A stretch of DNA of 64,000 bases from the NCBI GenBank assembly GCA_013286365.1, contig JABDFY010000006.1, forward strand, positions 1,881 to 65,880, in the 5' to 3' direction. The position numbers and the translations under genes were made by a program. The stretch's first letter is position 1. Each line of letters opens with the position of its first letter. The stretch is from Alphaproteobacteria bacterium. GTDB taxonomy: Bacteria; Pseudomonadota; Alphaproteobacteria; UBA9219. Shown here one piece after another: positions 47,118 through 57,883 of this stretch. Under the pieces are notes generated by a model. It saw nothing but the letters and a program-made list of their open reading frames with translations. It searched no databases and was not told where the DNA came from.

Positions 47118-48205
47118 TCCAACATTGGACCCTCACACGATATTTTGGGCGCATGTATCTGCTGTGGTTTTTGATATTCTTGACATCCCTTGCTGGCGTA
47201 ATTTTTTTATTCGAAGTAGCCGAACTGTTGCGCCGCGCCGCAGACAGACCTGACACGACATTTTTGCTCGTTGTCAAAATGGGTGTTTTTAAACTGCCTG
47301 AAACGATAGAAAAAATTCTTCCGTTTGTTGTTCTTTTTTCGGGGATGTTTACCTTCTGGCGACTAACCAGAAGTCAGGAGTTGATTGTTGCCCGCGCGGC
47401 CGGAATTTCTGCCTGGCAATTCCTTGCACCTGCGCTCCTTATCACGCTGCTCTTTAGCTTCTTTAATGTAACGATGATCAATCCTGTTGGCGCAACGCTC
47501 AACGCTAAATACAAAGAACTTGAGCTGCATTATCTGCAAAGAGTTCCAACACTCGAATTGACCGGCGCCGGGTTGTGGCTACGCCAGCATGATGCCGACA
47601 GACGTTATCTACTCCATGCCGACCATGTTGAATTAAATCCACTGACGCTAACACCACTGATGGCATTTATATACGATACAAATGATCATTATTTGGGTCG
47701 TATAGACGCACCTCAGGCAGTCTTGCAAAATGGCTACTGGCAAATTGATAATGCCTGGTTCAATTGGGATGAAAAAGCTCCCGAAGCTGTCGAGCATTAT
47801 CAGCTAAAAACCGCACTGACACTTAACAAAATCCAAGAGAGTATGGCAGCTCCAGAGACTATTTCATTTTGGCAACTGCCTGGCTTTGTGCGTGCCCTTA
47901 AGGCTATCGGTCTGCCGCCAGGAAGACACGAGTTAGCCTTTCAGACCTTGCTCGCGCAACCTATGCTCCTTTGTGCCATGGTGTTTTTTGCAGCCGCCTT
48001 TTCCTTACGCATGAGCCGGCGCGGCGGTATTATGGTAACGGTACTAGCTGGATTCTTCATAGGTAGTCTGATCTATTCGCTCAATAATGTGGTCACCGCC
48101 ATGGGGTCAAACGAAACTCTGCCCGTGTTTCTCTCGGCTTGGGCCATCCCGGTTGCCGCACTAACGCTTGGTAATGCAGCCTTACTCTACTTGGAAGATG
48201 GCTGA
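47114..48205 (+). CDS. lptG: LPS export ABC permease LptG
   Basis: YjgP/YjgQ family. N-terminus TLTRYFGRMYLLWFL. Overlaps the lptF stop by 4 nt. Confidence 0.8.
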   Translation: MIQHWTLTRYFGRMYLLWFLIFLTSLAGVIFLFEVAELLRRAADRPDTTFLLVVKMGVFKLPETIEKILPFVVLFSGMFTFWRLTRSQELIVARAAGISAWQFLAPALLITLLFSFFNVTMINPVGATLNAKYKELELHYLQRVPTLELTGAGLWLRQHDADRRYLLHADHVELNPLTLTPLMAFIYDTNDHYLGRIDAPQAVLQNGYWQIDNAWFNWDEKAPEAVEHYQLKTALTLNKIQESMAAPETISFWQLPGFVRALKAIGLPPGRHELAFQTLLAQPMLLCAMVFFAAAFSLRMSRRGGIMVTVLAGFFIGSLIYSLNNVVTAMGSNETLPVFLSAWAIPVAALTLGNAALLYLEDG

Positions 48206-48230
48206 CGCTCGTTCAATGAGGAAAGCACCC

Positions 48231-48632
48231 ATGAAACTTGACCAGATGAAGTGGAATTTTCTGAAGAATTTCATTCTTTTTGTCGTGTTGATATTGTCAT
48301 ACCCCATCATACAAAGAGAATTCATGGTTGTAACCAACCCCCAAACGCTTAATACGCTCCTGCTATTCGTAGGCCTCGTTATTGTCGCACCTTTATTTGC
48401 TTGCTTCCAGTTTAGTTACCAATTCTCAATTAAATCCAACCAGAGCAACCTACTTGTCTCGCATATCGCTACATTTCTATCGATGCTAGTTTGTGGGCTT
48501 CTGATTGCTATGATAGATGTCATTTTTGTACGCCTCGTTGGTGATATATTTATTTTTCGTTTAACGCTTTTTCTTTTCCTTGTTTGCCTGGTAGTCTGGG
48601 ATTTCTGGGATTTCTGGCGAATTCAAAAATAG
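48231..48632 (+). CDS. Hypothetical integral membrane protein
   Basis: ATG 48231 preceded by GAGGAA, with four hydrophobic segments. The track ORF starts at 48168, inside lptG. Confidence 0.35.
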   Translation: MKLDQMKWNFLKNFILFVVLILSYPIIQREFMVVTNPQTLNTLLLFVGLVIVAPLFACFQFSYQFSIKSNQSNLLVSHIATFLSMLVCGLLIAMIDVIFVRLVGDIFIFRLTLFLFLVCLVVWDFWDFWRIQK

Positions 48633-48690
48633 ATATATCAGGACACCGTGATCAGCATGACATATTTCATATTATCTGTTAGCACATAGC

Positions 48691-49992
48691 ATGCGTTATA
48701 TCCTGTCTGCATTTTTCCTTCTGGCTATCGCTGCCATACCATCCGTTGTGTGGGCGCAGCGCATTGATCAATTGCCAGCAGCGGCGGCTCCCACAACAGG
48801 TGCAATTGATGAACACATTGCCGTCGTGGTCAATGACAGCATCATATCAACCTCAGATGTGCGGGAACGGATTGCTATGGGTTTACTGTCATCTGGTTTC
48901 CCTGATAACGAGCAAATCAGGCAGAAAATATTGCCACAAATTTTACATACGCTGATCGACGAACAGCTGGAGATGCAAGAAGCAAAAAAACAAGAGATAA
49001 CGGTTTCACAAGATGAGATCGATCAAGCTTTGGCAAGAATTGCCGAGGAAAATCATATTCCTGGCGATATGAAGACTTATGTCACGCAACATGGCGTGTC
49101 TGCCGACGCCCTGATTTCTCAGGTGCGCGCCGGTATTGCCTGGAACAAGGTCGTACAACGTGAATTGCGTCCGCGCGTGGATGTAGGCGATGATGAAGTT
49201 GATGCCGCCGTCGAACGCATACGCGCCAATGCCGGCAAGGAAGAGTTTCTCGTTAGCGAAATCTTTCTTGCGGTAGATAACCCCAAGGAAGAAGATCAGG
49301 TCAAACAATTTGCCGAAAATCTAGTGCAGCAATTAAAAAGCGGCGGCAACTTTGGCGAAATTGCACGGCAATTCTCGCAAAGCACTGGTGCTGCTACGGG
49401 TGGCGATATTGGCTGGATACAAGAAGGACAATTATCACCCGAACTGAATAAAGCTTTGGTTGCAACGCAAACTGGGGAAGTCGTTGGCCCTATTCGAGCA
49501 TCAAACGGCTACCATATTCTCGGCGTGCGCGAAAAGCGGACTATTGCGCTTGGTGATGTCAAAGATATGTCCATCAATCTTCAGCAGGCCTTTCGGCCAT
49601 TTGGTAACAATCCCAACAAAGAGGCTCTACTAAGAGAATCTGATCAGCTGCGTTCGTCAATTACGGACTGCAACAATTTGTCAACTAAACTTGCACAACA
49701 ATTTCCACTTTGGCATTGGCAAGATTTGGGGGAAGTTAAACTCGACAAGGCGCCATCATGGCTGGTCAATAAAGTACGCGATTTGCCCGTCAACAAGTCG
49801 AGCGACGCCATGGCCACGGATAAGGGAGCTTTGATCCTTTTCGTCTGCGGTCGCAAGATACCAGACAACATAGACCGCACTGCCATTTTAAATTCCATAG
49901 GCACTGAAAAACTTGAACTGCAAGCGCGGCGATTACTACGAGACTTGCGCCGCGAGGCCTACTTGGATGTCAAATTAACAACGGTTCCATGA
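48691..49992 (+). CDS. surA: Periplasmic chaperone / peptidyl-prolyl isomerase SurA
   Basis: Signal peptide, a SurA_N-like region and a parvulin domain (GGDIGWIQEGQLSPELNKAL, GYHILGVREKR). Sits in the conserved lptFG-surA-rsmA context. Confidence 0.8.
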   Translation: MRYILSAFFLLAIAAIPSVVWAQRIDQLPAAAAPTTGAIDEHIAVVVNDSIISTSDVRERIAMGLLSSGFPDNEQIRQKILPQILHTLIDEQLEMQEAKKQEITVSQDEIDQALARIAEENHIPGDMKTYVTQHGVSADALISQVRAGIAWNKVVQRELRPRVDVGDDEVDAAVERIRANAGKEEFLVSEIFLAVDNPKEEDQVKQFAENLVQQLKSGGNFGEIARQFSQSTGAATGGDIGWIQEGQLSPELNKALVATQTGEVVGPIRASNGYHILGVREKRTIALGDVKDMSINLQQAFRPFGNNPNKEALLRESDQLRSSITDCNNLSTKLAQQFPLWHWQDLGEVKLDKAPSWLVNKVRDLPVNKSSDAMATDKGALILFVCGRKIPDNIDRTAILNSIGTEKLELQARRLLRDLRREAYLDVKLTTVP

Positions 49993-50010
49993 TGGTCCAA
50001 CCTCGAGATT

Positions 50011-50829
50011 ATGCCCGCACTTGAAATGCTTCCGCCCCTACGCGAGGTTATTAAGCGTTATGAGCTTATGGCCAAGAAGTCATTGGGACAACATTTTCTC
50101 TGCGATCTTAATCTGACGCGCCGAATTGCCGAATTAGCTGGTGATTTAAGCGACTGCACTGTTTTTGAAATCGGCCCAGGGCCTGGTGGGCTGACACGTT
50201 CCTTACTCCACACCCGCGCGAAAAAGATCATCGCCATCGAGAAAGACCGTCGTTGCCTTGCAGCGTTGGAAGAACTCGTTAATATTTCAGAAAATCGCCT
50301 TGAAGTCCTTATGGCAGACGCTCTTGAAATAAACCTAGCGGACCTAGCTAATGCGCCGCGTGCGATTGTAGCCAATTTGCCTTACAATATTGCAACCCCT
50401 CTCCTTTTGAACTGGCTTCATCATATGAGCGATTTCCGTAGTATGACACTGATGTTTCAAGCCGAAGTAGCAGACAGACTTATAGCCAAACCCAGCAACA
50501 AAGCCTATGGACGTTTATCCGTTATTACGCAGTTTTGTTGCCATGTTAAGCGCGTGATAAATATTCCCGCACGCGCCTTCACACCACCACCCAAAGTCGA
50601 TTCGAGCGTTGTTCATCTGGTACCTCGCCAGCAAAGGCAACACGACGTCCCACTTGAGAAGTTGGAAATGGTAACAGCCGCGGCGTTTGGTCAACGCAGA
50701 AAAATGCTGCGCTCCAGCCTGCAAGCGCTCGGTGGTGAGGCACTCCTGATACGCGCAAGACTAGATCCAACACTACGTGCTGAAGATTTATCTGTAGAAG
50801 ATTTTGAGAATTTAGTGCGAAAGCTTTAG
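50011..50829 (+). CDS. rsmA: 16S rRNA (adenine1518/1519-N6)-dimethyltransferase
   Basis: Motifs KKSLGQHFLCD, VFEIGPGPGGLT and VANLPYNIATP. Confidence 0.9.
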   Translation: MPALEMLPPLREVIKRYELMAKKSLGQHFLCDLNLTRRIAELAGDLSDCTVFEIGPGPGGLTRSLLHTRAKKIIAIEKDRRCLAALEELVNISENRLEVLMADALEINLADLANAPRAIVANLPYNIATPLLLNWLHHMSDFRSMTLMFQAEVADRLIAKPSNKAYGRLSVITQFCCHVKRVINIPARAFTPPPKVDSSVVHLVPRQQRQHDVPLEKLEMVTAAAFGQRRKMLRSSLQALGGEALLIRARLDPTLRAEDLSVEDFENLVRKL

Positions 50830-50849
50830 GGGCTAGCCAAAAAGTTCGC

Positions 50850-51500
50850 TTAATGTCCTTCTTTTAGACCTTTGACAAATTCTGCAAGGCCAATTTGACG
50901 ACGACGCTTGAGCCGTTCGCTATTTAAAATTTCTTTCACAGCAGCAACGCTTTGATTGATATCACGATTAATGATTACATAATCATATTCGGCCCAGTGG
51001 CTCATTTCATCGGAGGCTTTGGCCATGCGGCGATTTATTTCGGATGGCTCATCCTGCGCTCTCGTATGGAGCCGACGCTCTAACTCACGCCATGAAGGCG
51101 GAAGAATAAACACACTAACCAGATCATCGCGCGCTTTTTCTGCAAGCTGTTGCGTACCTTGCCAGTCAATATCGAATAACACGTCACGACCCTCAGTCAG
51201 CGTATTTTCTACCGGCAACCGCGGCGTGCCATAGTAGTTACCAAATACTTTGGCATGCTCCAAAAGTTGTTCACGATTGACCATAAGATTAAAATCGACG
51301 AGATCAACGAAACGGTAATCCCGGCCATCGACCTCGTTTTTACGCGGGGCGCGCGTCGTAACCGATACGGAAAGCATTATATTGGGATCAGAGCTGAGCA
51401 AATGCCGTGAAATTGTTGTCTTGCCGGCGCCTGACGGCGATGACAAGACCATCATCAAGCCACGGCGTTGGATATCGCCAAATGCATAACGCTCATCCAT
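50850..51500 (-). CDS. gmk: Guanylate kinase
   Basis: P-loop SSPSGAGKTT, with TTRAPRKNEVDGRDYRFV and FDIDWQG. Confidence 0.9.
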   Translation of the reverse strand: MDERYAFGDIQRRGLMMVLSSPSGAGKTTISRHLLSSDPNIMLSVSVTTRAPRKNEVDGRDYRFVDLVDFNLMVNREQLLEHAKVFGNYYGTPRLPVENTLTEGRDVLFDIDWQGTQQLAEKARDDLVSVFILPPSWRELERRLHTRAQDEPSEINRRMAKASDEMSHWAEYDYVIINRDINQSVAAVKEILNSERLKRRRQIGLAEFVKGLKEGH

Positions 51501-51619
51501 AGATTCTGTTTTATCCCCATAGTGCGCCAGGGTGTGTCATTTAACGAGGTGCGCCAATTTAACGAGGCGAGTTGATTTGGGCTAGTGTTTTGTCAATTCA
51601 GCTAGCAATATGCCATTCC

Positions 51620-52381
51620 ATGCAATACCCCAAACATATAGCCATTACTGGTGCTTCGAGCGGTATAGGTGCCGCATTGGCCGAACGCTACGCTATGCCT
51701 GGCATACACCTGTCTCTCCATGGCCGAGACCCAATCCGACTGACCAAAACGGCAACGCGTGCCGAGCGCCAAGGCGCCATCGTCACGACAAAATGTGGCG
51801 AAGTCACCGATACTAAGACAGTCGCTAGCTGGATCGAAAGTTGTGATGCCATAGAACCGCTCGATCTCATTATAGCCAATGCTGGTATCTCAGCTGGTAC
51901 TGGCAGAGGATATGAAAGTGATGACCAATCACGTGCCATATTCAATACGAACGTTACGGGTGTTTTGAATACCATCCAGCCGGCAATGCCGATCATGATG
52001 CGGCGGCGACGGGGACAAATTGCAATCATGAGTTCGTTAGCCGGCTTTCGCGGGATACCAGGGGCACCCTCTTATGCTGCCAGCAAGGCAGCGGTGCGTA
52101 TCTATGGTGAAGCTTTGCGCAACGAAATGGCCCATTTTGACGTAGAGGTAAATGTTATTTGTCCCGGCTTCATCAAGACGCCCATGACAGAGGTGAACCG
52201 TTTCGCCATGCCTTTTATCATGCCAGCTGCACGCGCAGCTCAAATCATAAAAGAGGGATTAGCCAAGAATAAAGCGAGGATTGCTTTTCCCTTTCCGATG
52301 TATGCGCTCGTCAGACTTATGGCGGCACTCCCTTTATCTTGGACCGACCCTCTTCTTAGACATATGCCCAAAAAATCCTGA
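51620..52381 (+). CDS. Short-chain dehydrogenase/reductase (SDR)
   Basis: ITGASSGIGAAL, NAG and YAASKAA (YxxxK). Start at ATG 51620; the track starts at 51572. Confidence 0.8.
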   Translation: MQYPKHIAITGASSGIGAALAERYAMPGIHLSLHGRDPIRLTKTATRAERQGAIVTTKCGEVTDTKTVASWIESCDAIEPLDLIIANAGISAGTGRGYESDDQSRAIFNTNVTGVLNTIQPAMPIMMRRRRGQIAIMSSLAGFRGIPGAPSYAASKAAVRIYGEALRNEMAHFDVEVNVICPGFIKTPMTEVNRFAMPFIMPAARAAQIIKEGLAKNKARIAFPFPMYALVRLMAALPLSWTDPLLRHMPKKS

Positions 52382-52507
52382 TTGCAGCAAGTCTGTTTTG
52401 AGAACAAATATAATTGCTATGGCAAGTCCTAAGCGTAACACGCCCTTGCACATACATTATTCCCCGTCTATAACCCCGCTCATTCCTTTCATTTCAGGAG
52501 TTAGATT

Positions 52508-52930
52508 ATGGCTGTCCAGCGGACGCTTTCTATCATTAAACCAGATGCTACGCGTCGCAACTTAACTGGCAAAATCAACGCCAAGTTTGAGGAATCTGGT
52601 TTGCGCATTATAGCGCAAAAACGCTTAAGGTTAAGCCGTGAACAAGCAGAAGGTTTCTATGACGTCCATAAGGCGCGGCCTTTTTTTAAAGATCTATGCG
52701 CTTTTATGTGTTCAGGCCCAGTTGTTGTTCAAGTGCTTGAAGGGGAAAATGCTGTCGCACGCAACCGCGAAATAATGGGAGCAACCAATCCCGCCAACGC
52801 CGATGCAGGCACCATCCGCAAAGAATTTGCTGAAAGTATAGAGGCTAATTCAGTGCATGGTTCAGACAGTCCTGAAAACGCAGCAACCGAAATCGCCTAC
52901 TTCTTCAAGCAAGAAGAAATTGTTGGTTAG
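52508..52930 (+). CDS. ndk: Nucleoside-diphosphate kinase
   Basis: Motifs [20 protein letters not shown] and NSVHGSDS. Confidence 0.95.
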   Translation: MAVQRTLSIIKPDATRRNLTGKINAKFEESGLRIIAQKRLRLSREQAEGFYDVHKARPFFKDLCAFMCSGPVVVQVLEGENAVARNREIMGATNPANADAGTIRKEFAESIEANSVHGSDSPENAATEIAYFFKQEEIVG

Positions 52931-53103
52931 TAGATAACTTTAAAAAATAACAGCATCAAAAGAAGAAAGCCGGCGATAGCAACGCAGTTGATAACGATAA
53001 ACTTTGTGAAGGCGTTCCATCCCGCGAGGCGCTCTTTAACGAGTGCCGTCGGTACTTGCATTTCGGCGGACGAATTTGGTTGTGAATTCGACTTGCTACT
53101 CAT
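52927..53103 (-). CDS. Small membrane protein (58 aa), possibly aa3-type cytochrome oxidase subunit IV-like family
   Basis: Not in the track because it is under 60 aa. My translation is [64 protein letters not shown] lies 7 nt upstream of ATG 53103. The W-x2-F-x-K plus single C-terminal TM pattern resembles the COX4_pro_2 family (from memory). Confidence 0.5.
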   Translation of the reverse strand: MSSKSNSQPNSSAEMQVPTALVKERLAGWNAFTKFIVINCVAIAGFLLLMLLFFKVIY

Positions 53104-53183
53104 GTAGTTATCTCCTTATGTTGTGAGATGCTTATAAGCCTGCCCTAAGACGTCACGCAAGATCAGCTGAATGAGGCCCCATA

Positions 53184-53831
53184 TCATATGGGGTTAATTG
53201 ATGATTCCCTTGGCGGAACTGAGTCCGCTATAAAAACGCGTTCCTGATATACATTGACCCGGCCTTCTGCGATAGCCAAAACGGTATCTGGATATATCCG
53301 GTGCTCAATTTTAAGCACCCTGGCAGCCAACGTCTCCTCACTGTCGTCTGGGTAAACAGGTACAGCTGCTTGAATAATGATAGGGCCATGGTCCATTTCA
53401 GCGCGGACAAAATGTACCGTACAACCTGCAAATTTAACACCTTCTGCTATCGCCCGTTTATGCGTATCGAGACCAGGGTACGACGGCAACAAGGAAGGAT
53501 GAATATTTATGAGTTTATCCCGCCAACGCTCGACGAACCAAGGCGTCAGCAAGCGCATAAAGCCAGCCAAACATATAAGCTCAGCACCAAAATCCTTAAG
53601 TCTTTTATCTAGCTCATGTTCAAATAGTTCACGGTTTTTAAAATCTCGGTGATTGACTATGGCGATGGGGATGTTGTTTTTACTGGCTTTCGTTAGCCCC
53701 TCGGCCTCGGCGAGGTTTGAAATAACACATACAATTTTTGCCGGATAACCCGGTTGATGTGCGGCATCAATTAACGCCTGCATATTACTACCGCGTCCAG
53801 AAATTAATATTGCGACCTTTAGCACGGCCAT
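53184..53831 (-). CDS. purN: Phosphoribosylglycinamide formyltransferase
   Basis: Motifs [19 protein letters not shown] and [15 protein letters not shown]. Confidence 0.9.
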   Translation of the reverse strand: MAVLKVAILISGRGSNMQALIDAAHQPGYPAKIVCVISNLAEAEGLTKASKNNIPIAIVNHRDFKNRELFEHELDKRLKDFGAELICLAGFMRLLTPWFVERWRDKLINIHPSLLPSYPGLDTHKRAIAEGVKFAGCTVHFVRAEMDHGPIIIQAAVPVYPDDSEETLAARVLKIEHRIYPDTVLAIAEGRVNVYQERVFIADSVPPRESSINPI

Positions 53832-54988
53832 ACGCTATCTGCGCCCTCTAGTGTTACGCGCTGTTCAGAACGGTTAAGCTCGACTTCGCCGATGCGAAAA
53901 ACTTTCTCACCAGCAGATGTCAGAATTTTTATGATCTCTTCGGCATGTTCGCTAGCTACGATGGCAACAAGACCAATACCGCAATTGAATGTCCTCGCCA
54001 TTTCCATTGGATCGATAGCGCCACTGCTCGCGAGCCACCGAAAAACTGAGGGTGCTGTCCAACTTGTAGCACCAAGCCAAACACCCATACCTTCTGGCAA
54101 AACGCGCGGAATATTTTCAAGCAAACCACCACCCGTAATATGTGCCATGGCCTTGACATGTCCCGAGCGTACAGCCTGCAGAGCAGCCTTCACGTAAATG
54201 CGCGTCGGCTCAAGGAGAACCTCACCTAAGGTCTTTGATGCATCGAACGGTGCTGGCGCACTTAAGGATAGTTTTTCCTGGGCAGCAATTTTACGCACCA
54301 AGGAAAGCCCGTTACTGTGAACACCGCTTGAAGCAAGACCAAGAACAATGTCCCCGACAGATATGTTGTTATGGGGAAGAATTCTATCGCGCTCAACCGC
54401 TCCCAGAGCAAACCCAGCCAAATCATAATCGCCAGCGGCATACATACCCGGCATTTCTGCAGTTTCACCACCAACCAAGGCACAGCCAGCCTGTTTACAG
54501 CCCTCGGCAATTCCAGCAATTATTCGTTTGCCAGCTGAAACATCGAGTTTACCCGTGGCGTAGTAATCAAGAAATAACAGAGGCTCAGCCCCTTGCACGA
54601 TTAAATCATTGACGCACATTGCCACGAGATCAATGCCAACCGTATCGTGCTGATTGCAATCAATGGCGACTTTAAGCTTCGTACCAACACCGTCCGTCGT
54701 TGTAACGAGTATTGGATCGTGAAAGCCGGCTGCCTTGAGATCGAATAAGGCGCCAAACCCGCCCAACCCAGCATCAGCCCCTCTGCGAGCCGTAGCCTTA
54801 GCCAAGGGCTTGATAGCCTCAACTAGAGCGTTTCCGGCATCAATATCAACCCCTGCCTCTGCATAGGGACGGCGTGTACCGGATAGGATCGAATTTCTGC
54901 TTATGGTAACCTCCCGTAAGGTTGGGTATAACGGCCCTCTAAACTTGGTCTGAAGATAGCCGAAACGGATTACTTTGCAATGCGACAC
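53819..54988 (-). CDS. purM: Phosphoribosylformylglycinamidine cyclo-ligase (AIR synthetase); N-terminus uncertain
   Basis: Motifs [26 protein letters not shown] and NCGIG. The only canonical in-frame start is GTG 54988, which would overlap the divergent neighbour. See the finding on ATA 54904. Confidence 0.85.
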   Translation of the reverse strand: MSHCKVIRFGYLQTKFRGPLYPTLREVTISRNSILSGTRRPYAEAGVDIDAGNALVEAIKPLAKATARRGADAGLGGFGALFDLKAAGFHDPILVTTTDGVGTKLKVAIDCNQHDTVGIDLVAMCVNDLIVQGAEPLLFLDYYATGKLDVSAGKRIIAGIAEGCKQAGCALVGGETAEMPGMYAAGDYDLAGFALGAVERDRILPHNNISVGDIVLGLASSGVHSNGLSLVRKIAAQEKLSLSAPAPFDASKTLGEVLLEPTRIYVKAALQAVRSGHVKAMAHITGGGLLENIPRVLPEGMGVWLGATSWTAPSVFRWLASSGAIDPMEMARTFNCGIGLVAIVASEHAEEIIKILTSAGEKVFRIGEVELNRSEQRVTLEGADSVWPC

Positions 54989-56056
54989 CTAGGGGTTCTT
55001 TTTTTGCTGTTTAGCATCATTTGCTCAACAGCATATGCGCAAAGTGGCGACGACAGTTCAATTTATCAAATCACCGATATAGCTGCCGATGTAACGGCCG
55101 ACAATGCGGCTCATGCCCGAGATCAAGCTATTGCTCAGGCTCAGCGTACGGGCTTTATTCAGCTCTTGCAAAGACTAGGAGCCGATGTGAACCTAGCCAC
55201 AAAATTAGATGATAACGCGGTTGCCGATCTCGTACAGGCTTTTGAGGTTCAACAAGAACATACCTCCTCCGTGCGTTATATCGGCACATTTACTGTGCAA
55301 TTCAAACCAAATGCCATACGTGACTTACTTAACAAAAATGGTGCCAATTTTACCGAAACGCGAAGCCGCCCAATTGTTATCCTGCCCGTCGTGAATAACA
55401 ACGGCCACATGGTGTTATGGGAAGAACAAACAAAATGGCGAACGGCCTGGGAGGACGCCTCGAGCAACAACGGGCTTGTTCCTATTGTTATACCAACGGG
55501 TGACCTTGATGATATTGCGCTCCTCAGCGCTCAGGAAGCAATCGCGGGGAAACCTGACGCCATCAGAGCCATCATCGACAAATATCAAGCTGGCGGCGCA
55601 ATTATTGCCCTACTCCAGGGAAATAGTGATACGGCTTCGGCAGAATTAAAAGTTATTGCCGTTCGCTATGACATCAACGGTAAGGGTAGCGATCCATCAC
55701 AATGGACTTTACAGGCCCCACCCGATTTCGCCCAAGCGATTAAGCAAATTAAAGACACATTGGAAACAAGCTGGAAACAGGTGACCAAAGCGCCTAAAGA
55801 ACCTATTGAGCGTCTTCCCGTTGTCGTACCGATTAACACATTGGCGGATTGGGCTGCAATTAAACGTAAACTTGGCAATGTATCTGGGATCAATAAAACA
55901 AATGTGATTACCGTAACCCGTGGTAACGCCAATATTGAAATAGAGTTTCGTGGCGATATCACTCAACTGCAGGCGTCCTTAGCACCACAGAATCTTTCGC
56001 TCGAGCAGAACAATACAACTGGCGCCTGGACACTCATATCAGGCCGTTCACCTTAA
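54980..56056 (+). CDS. Secreted DUF2066-like protein
   Basis: Signal peptide [20 protein letters not shown]. The position between purM and the AI-2E transporter/hdaA matches the alphaproteobacterial context I remember for DUF2066. Confidence 0.5.
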   Translation: MRHLGVLFLLFSIICSTAYAQSGDDSSIYQITDIAADVTADNAAHARDQAIAQAQRTGFIQLLQRLGADVNLATKLDDNAVADLVQAFEVQQEHTSSVRYIGTFTVQFKPNAIRDLLNKNGANFTETRSRPIVILPVVNNNGHMVLWEEQTKWRTAWEDASSNNGLVPIVIPTGDLDDIALLSAQEAIAGKPDAIRAIIDKYQAGGAIIALLQGNSDTASAELKVIAVRYDINGKGSDPSQWTLQAPPDFAQAIKQIKDTLETSWKQVTKAPKEPIERLPVVVPINTLADWAAIKRKLGNVSGINKTNVITVTRGNANIEIEFRGDITQLQASLAPQNLSLEQNNTTGAWTLISGRSP

Positions 56057-56068
56057 GGGGATAGCATC

Positions 56069-57142
56069 ATGTCTAATTCAAGCATACAGCTACGCTTTTG
56101 GATATTTCTCGTCATTTTGCTGGCGCTCATCATATGGCAACTTCACCAAATGCTCCTGCCTTTTGTCGCCGGTATGACATTGGCCTATTTTCTCAATCCC
56201 GTCGTCAACCAACTAACGAAACGCAAAGTTCCCCGTTGGCTAAGCACATTCGTGGTTCTAGCCGGCTTCATCCTCATAGTTATCAGCATTTTTACGCTCA
56301 TTCTACCGCTCATGCGTAATCAGATCGCTGCCTTGCTTGCGGCCTTACCTGGCTACATCGACACCTTCCGTACGCGTGGTATTCCATGGCTTGAGCAATA
56401 TACCTCGCAATTCTCGCCGGACGATGTCAGTAAATTTCATGAAGCCGCTGCCCAATATGCTGGCAAAGCCCTAAGTGCTATTGGCGAAATTGTACAAAAT
56501 ATTGTTACAAGCGGTGTTGCTTTATTCGACATTATCGCGCTTACCATCATCACACCCATTGTTGCTTTTTATCTGCTGCGTGACTGGCCAAAATTAACCG
56601 CAGCGATTAACTCACTCTTGCCCCGCCGCTACTACAAAACTATTCATGGCGTCATGGATAATATTGATTCCGCGCTTTCCGGTTTTATCCGCGGTCAGGC
56701 GCTTGTCTGTTCGACGCTGGGATTTCTTTACAGCACAGGATTATCCATCATCGGCTTAAAATACGGCGTGGCCATTGGCGTTATCGCTGGATTACTTTCG
56801 TTCATACCTTATGTCGGCACAGGTTTTGGCTGGATCAGTAGCGTACTCTTGGCACTCGTCCAGTTTGACGATCCCTTACGCGTTGGCATGGTTTTATGTG
56901 TGTTTATCGTCGGGCATATCTTGGAGGCTTATTTATTGGCGCCGCGTCTTATCGGCCATCGCGTTGGTTTACATCCTATGTGGATCTTATTTGCGATCCT
57001 ATCTGGTGCCACACTGTTTGGCTTCAGCGGCGTCTTGATTGCTGTTCCAGTCGCGGCGATCATTGGCGTCTTAATTCGATTTGGGATTACCCAATACAAG
57101 AGCAGCTCAATTTATAAAGATGTGAGCTCTAAATCGGCATGA
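56069..57142 (+). CDS. AI-2E family (PerM-like) transporter
   Basis: 357 aa with about 8 TM segments. Family-like segments LLPFVAGMTLAYFLNP and FIPYVG. Confidence 0.7.
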   Translation: MSNSSIQLRFWIFLVILLALIIWQLHQMLLPFVAGMTLAYFLNPVVNQLTKRKVPRWLSTFVVLAGFILIVISIFTLILPLMRNQIAALLAALPGYIDTFRTRGIPWLEQYTSQFSPDDVSKFHEAAAQYAGKALSAIGEIVQNIVTSGVALFDIIALTIITPIVAFYLLRDWPKLTAAINSLLPRRYYKTIHGVMDNIDSALSGFIRGQALVCSTLGFLYSTGLSIIGLKYGVAIGVIAGLLSFIPYVGTGFGWISSVLLALVQFDDPLRVGMVLCVFIVGHILEAYLLAPRLIGHRVGLHPMWILFAILSGATLFGFSGVLIAVPVAAIIGVLIRFGITQYKSSSIYKDVSSKSA

Positions 57143-57834
57143 CCAGTCAATATCCGTTACCACTCCCGCATCATGAAGCTATGGAAAGTGATGACTTCAT
57201 GGTTACGAGCAGTAACCGTGAAGCGGCCGCGTGGATTGATAACTGGCCAGATTGGCTTGCTCATTGTTTGATCATTTATGGTCCTTCCGGAGCCGGCAAA
57301 ACTCATCTAGCACATGTTTGGCAACATCGCAGCAAAGGCAAAATAATTACATCAGATGATTTAATTAATGATACTGCAAGCGCCATTGTTATGAGCAATC
57401 GCTTTATCGCCATTGATGACGCCGAGACTATCGCGCGTGACGGATCTAGGGAACAGACACTCTTTCATTTATTTAATATGCTACGCGAAGCTAAAGGTTT
57501 TTTGCTTCTAACGGCGAAATCAGCACCAGCACAATGGCCTATATTGCTAGCAGACTTACGTTCACGTCTATCAGCTAGCCCTGCAGTTGCCCTAACTTCA
57601 CCTGATGATAGACTGATGTCGGCTTTATTAATTAAGCAGTTTAGAGACAGACAACTTGACGTCAGAACTGATGTTCTTGATTTCTTACTTCCGCGCATTG
57701 AACGTACATCAAGTGCCATCCGCCAGCTCGTCGGAGCACTTGATCGAGCTTCCTTGGCTGAGGGACGAAGAATTACAATAACTTTAGCTAAACGCGTTAT
57801 TGAAACCTCTGTCCTTCCTAAGGACGTTATGTGA
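57139..57834 (+). CDS. hdaA: DnaA-related regulatory inactivator (HdaA-like)
   Basis: 231 aa with IYGPSGAGKTHL (Walker A) and IAIDD, the length of a DnaA domain III fragment. The start overlaps the upstream stop by 4 nt. Confidence 0.65.
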   Translation: MTSQYPLPLPHHEAMESDDFMVTSSNREAAAWIDNWPDWLAHCLIIYGPSGAGKTHLAHVWQHRSKGKIITSDDLINDTASAIVMSNRFIAIDDAETIARDGSREQTLFHLFNMLREAKGFLLLTAKSAPAQWPILLADLRSRLSASPAVALTSPDDRLMSALLIKQFRDRQLDVRTDVLDFLLPRIERTSSAIRQLVGALDRASLAEGRRITITLAKRVIETSVLPKDVM

Positions 57835-57883
57835 CGCTAGTATAACCATAAGCCCATCAACAGATCTTTGTGAGTTTACATTT

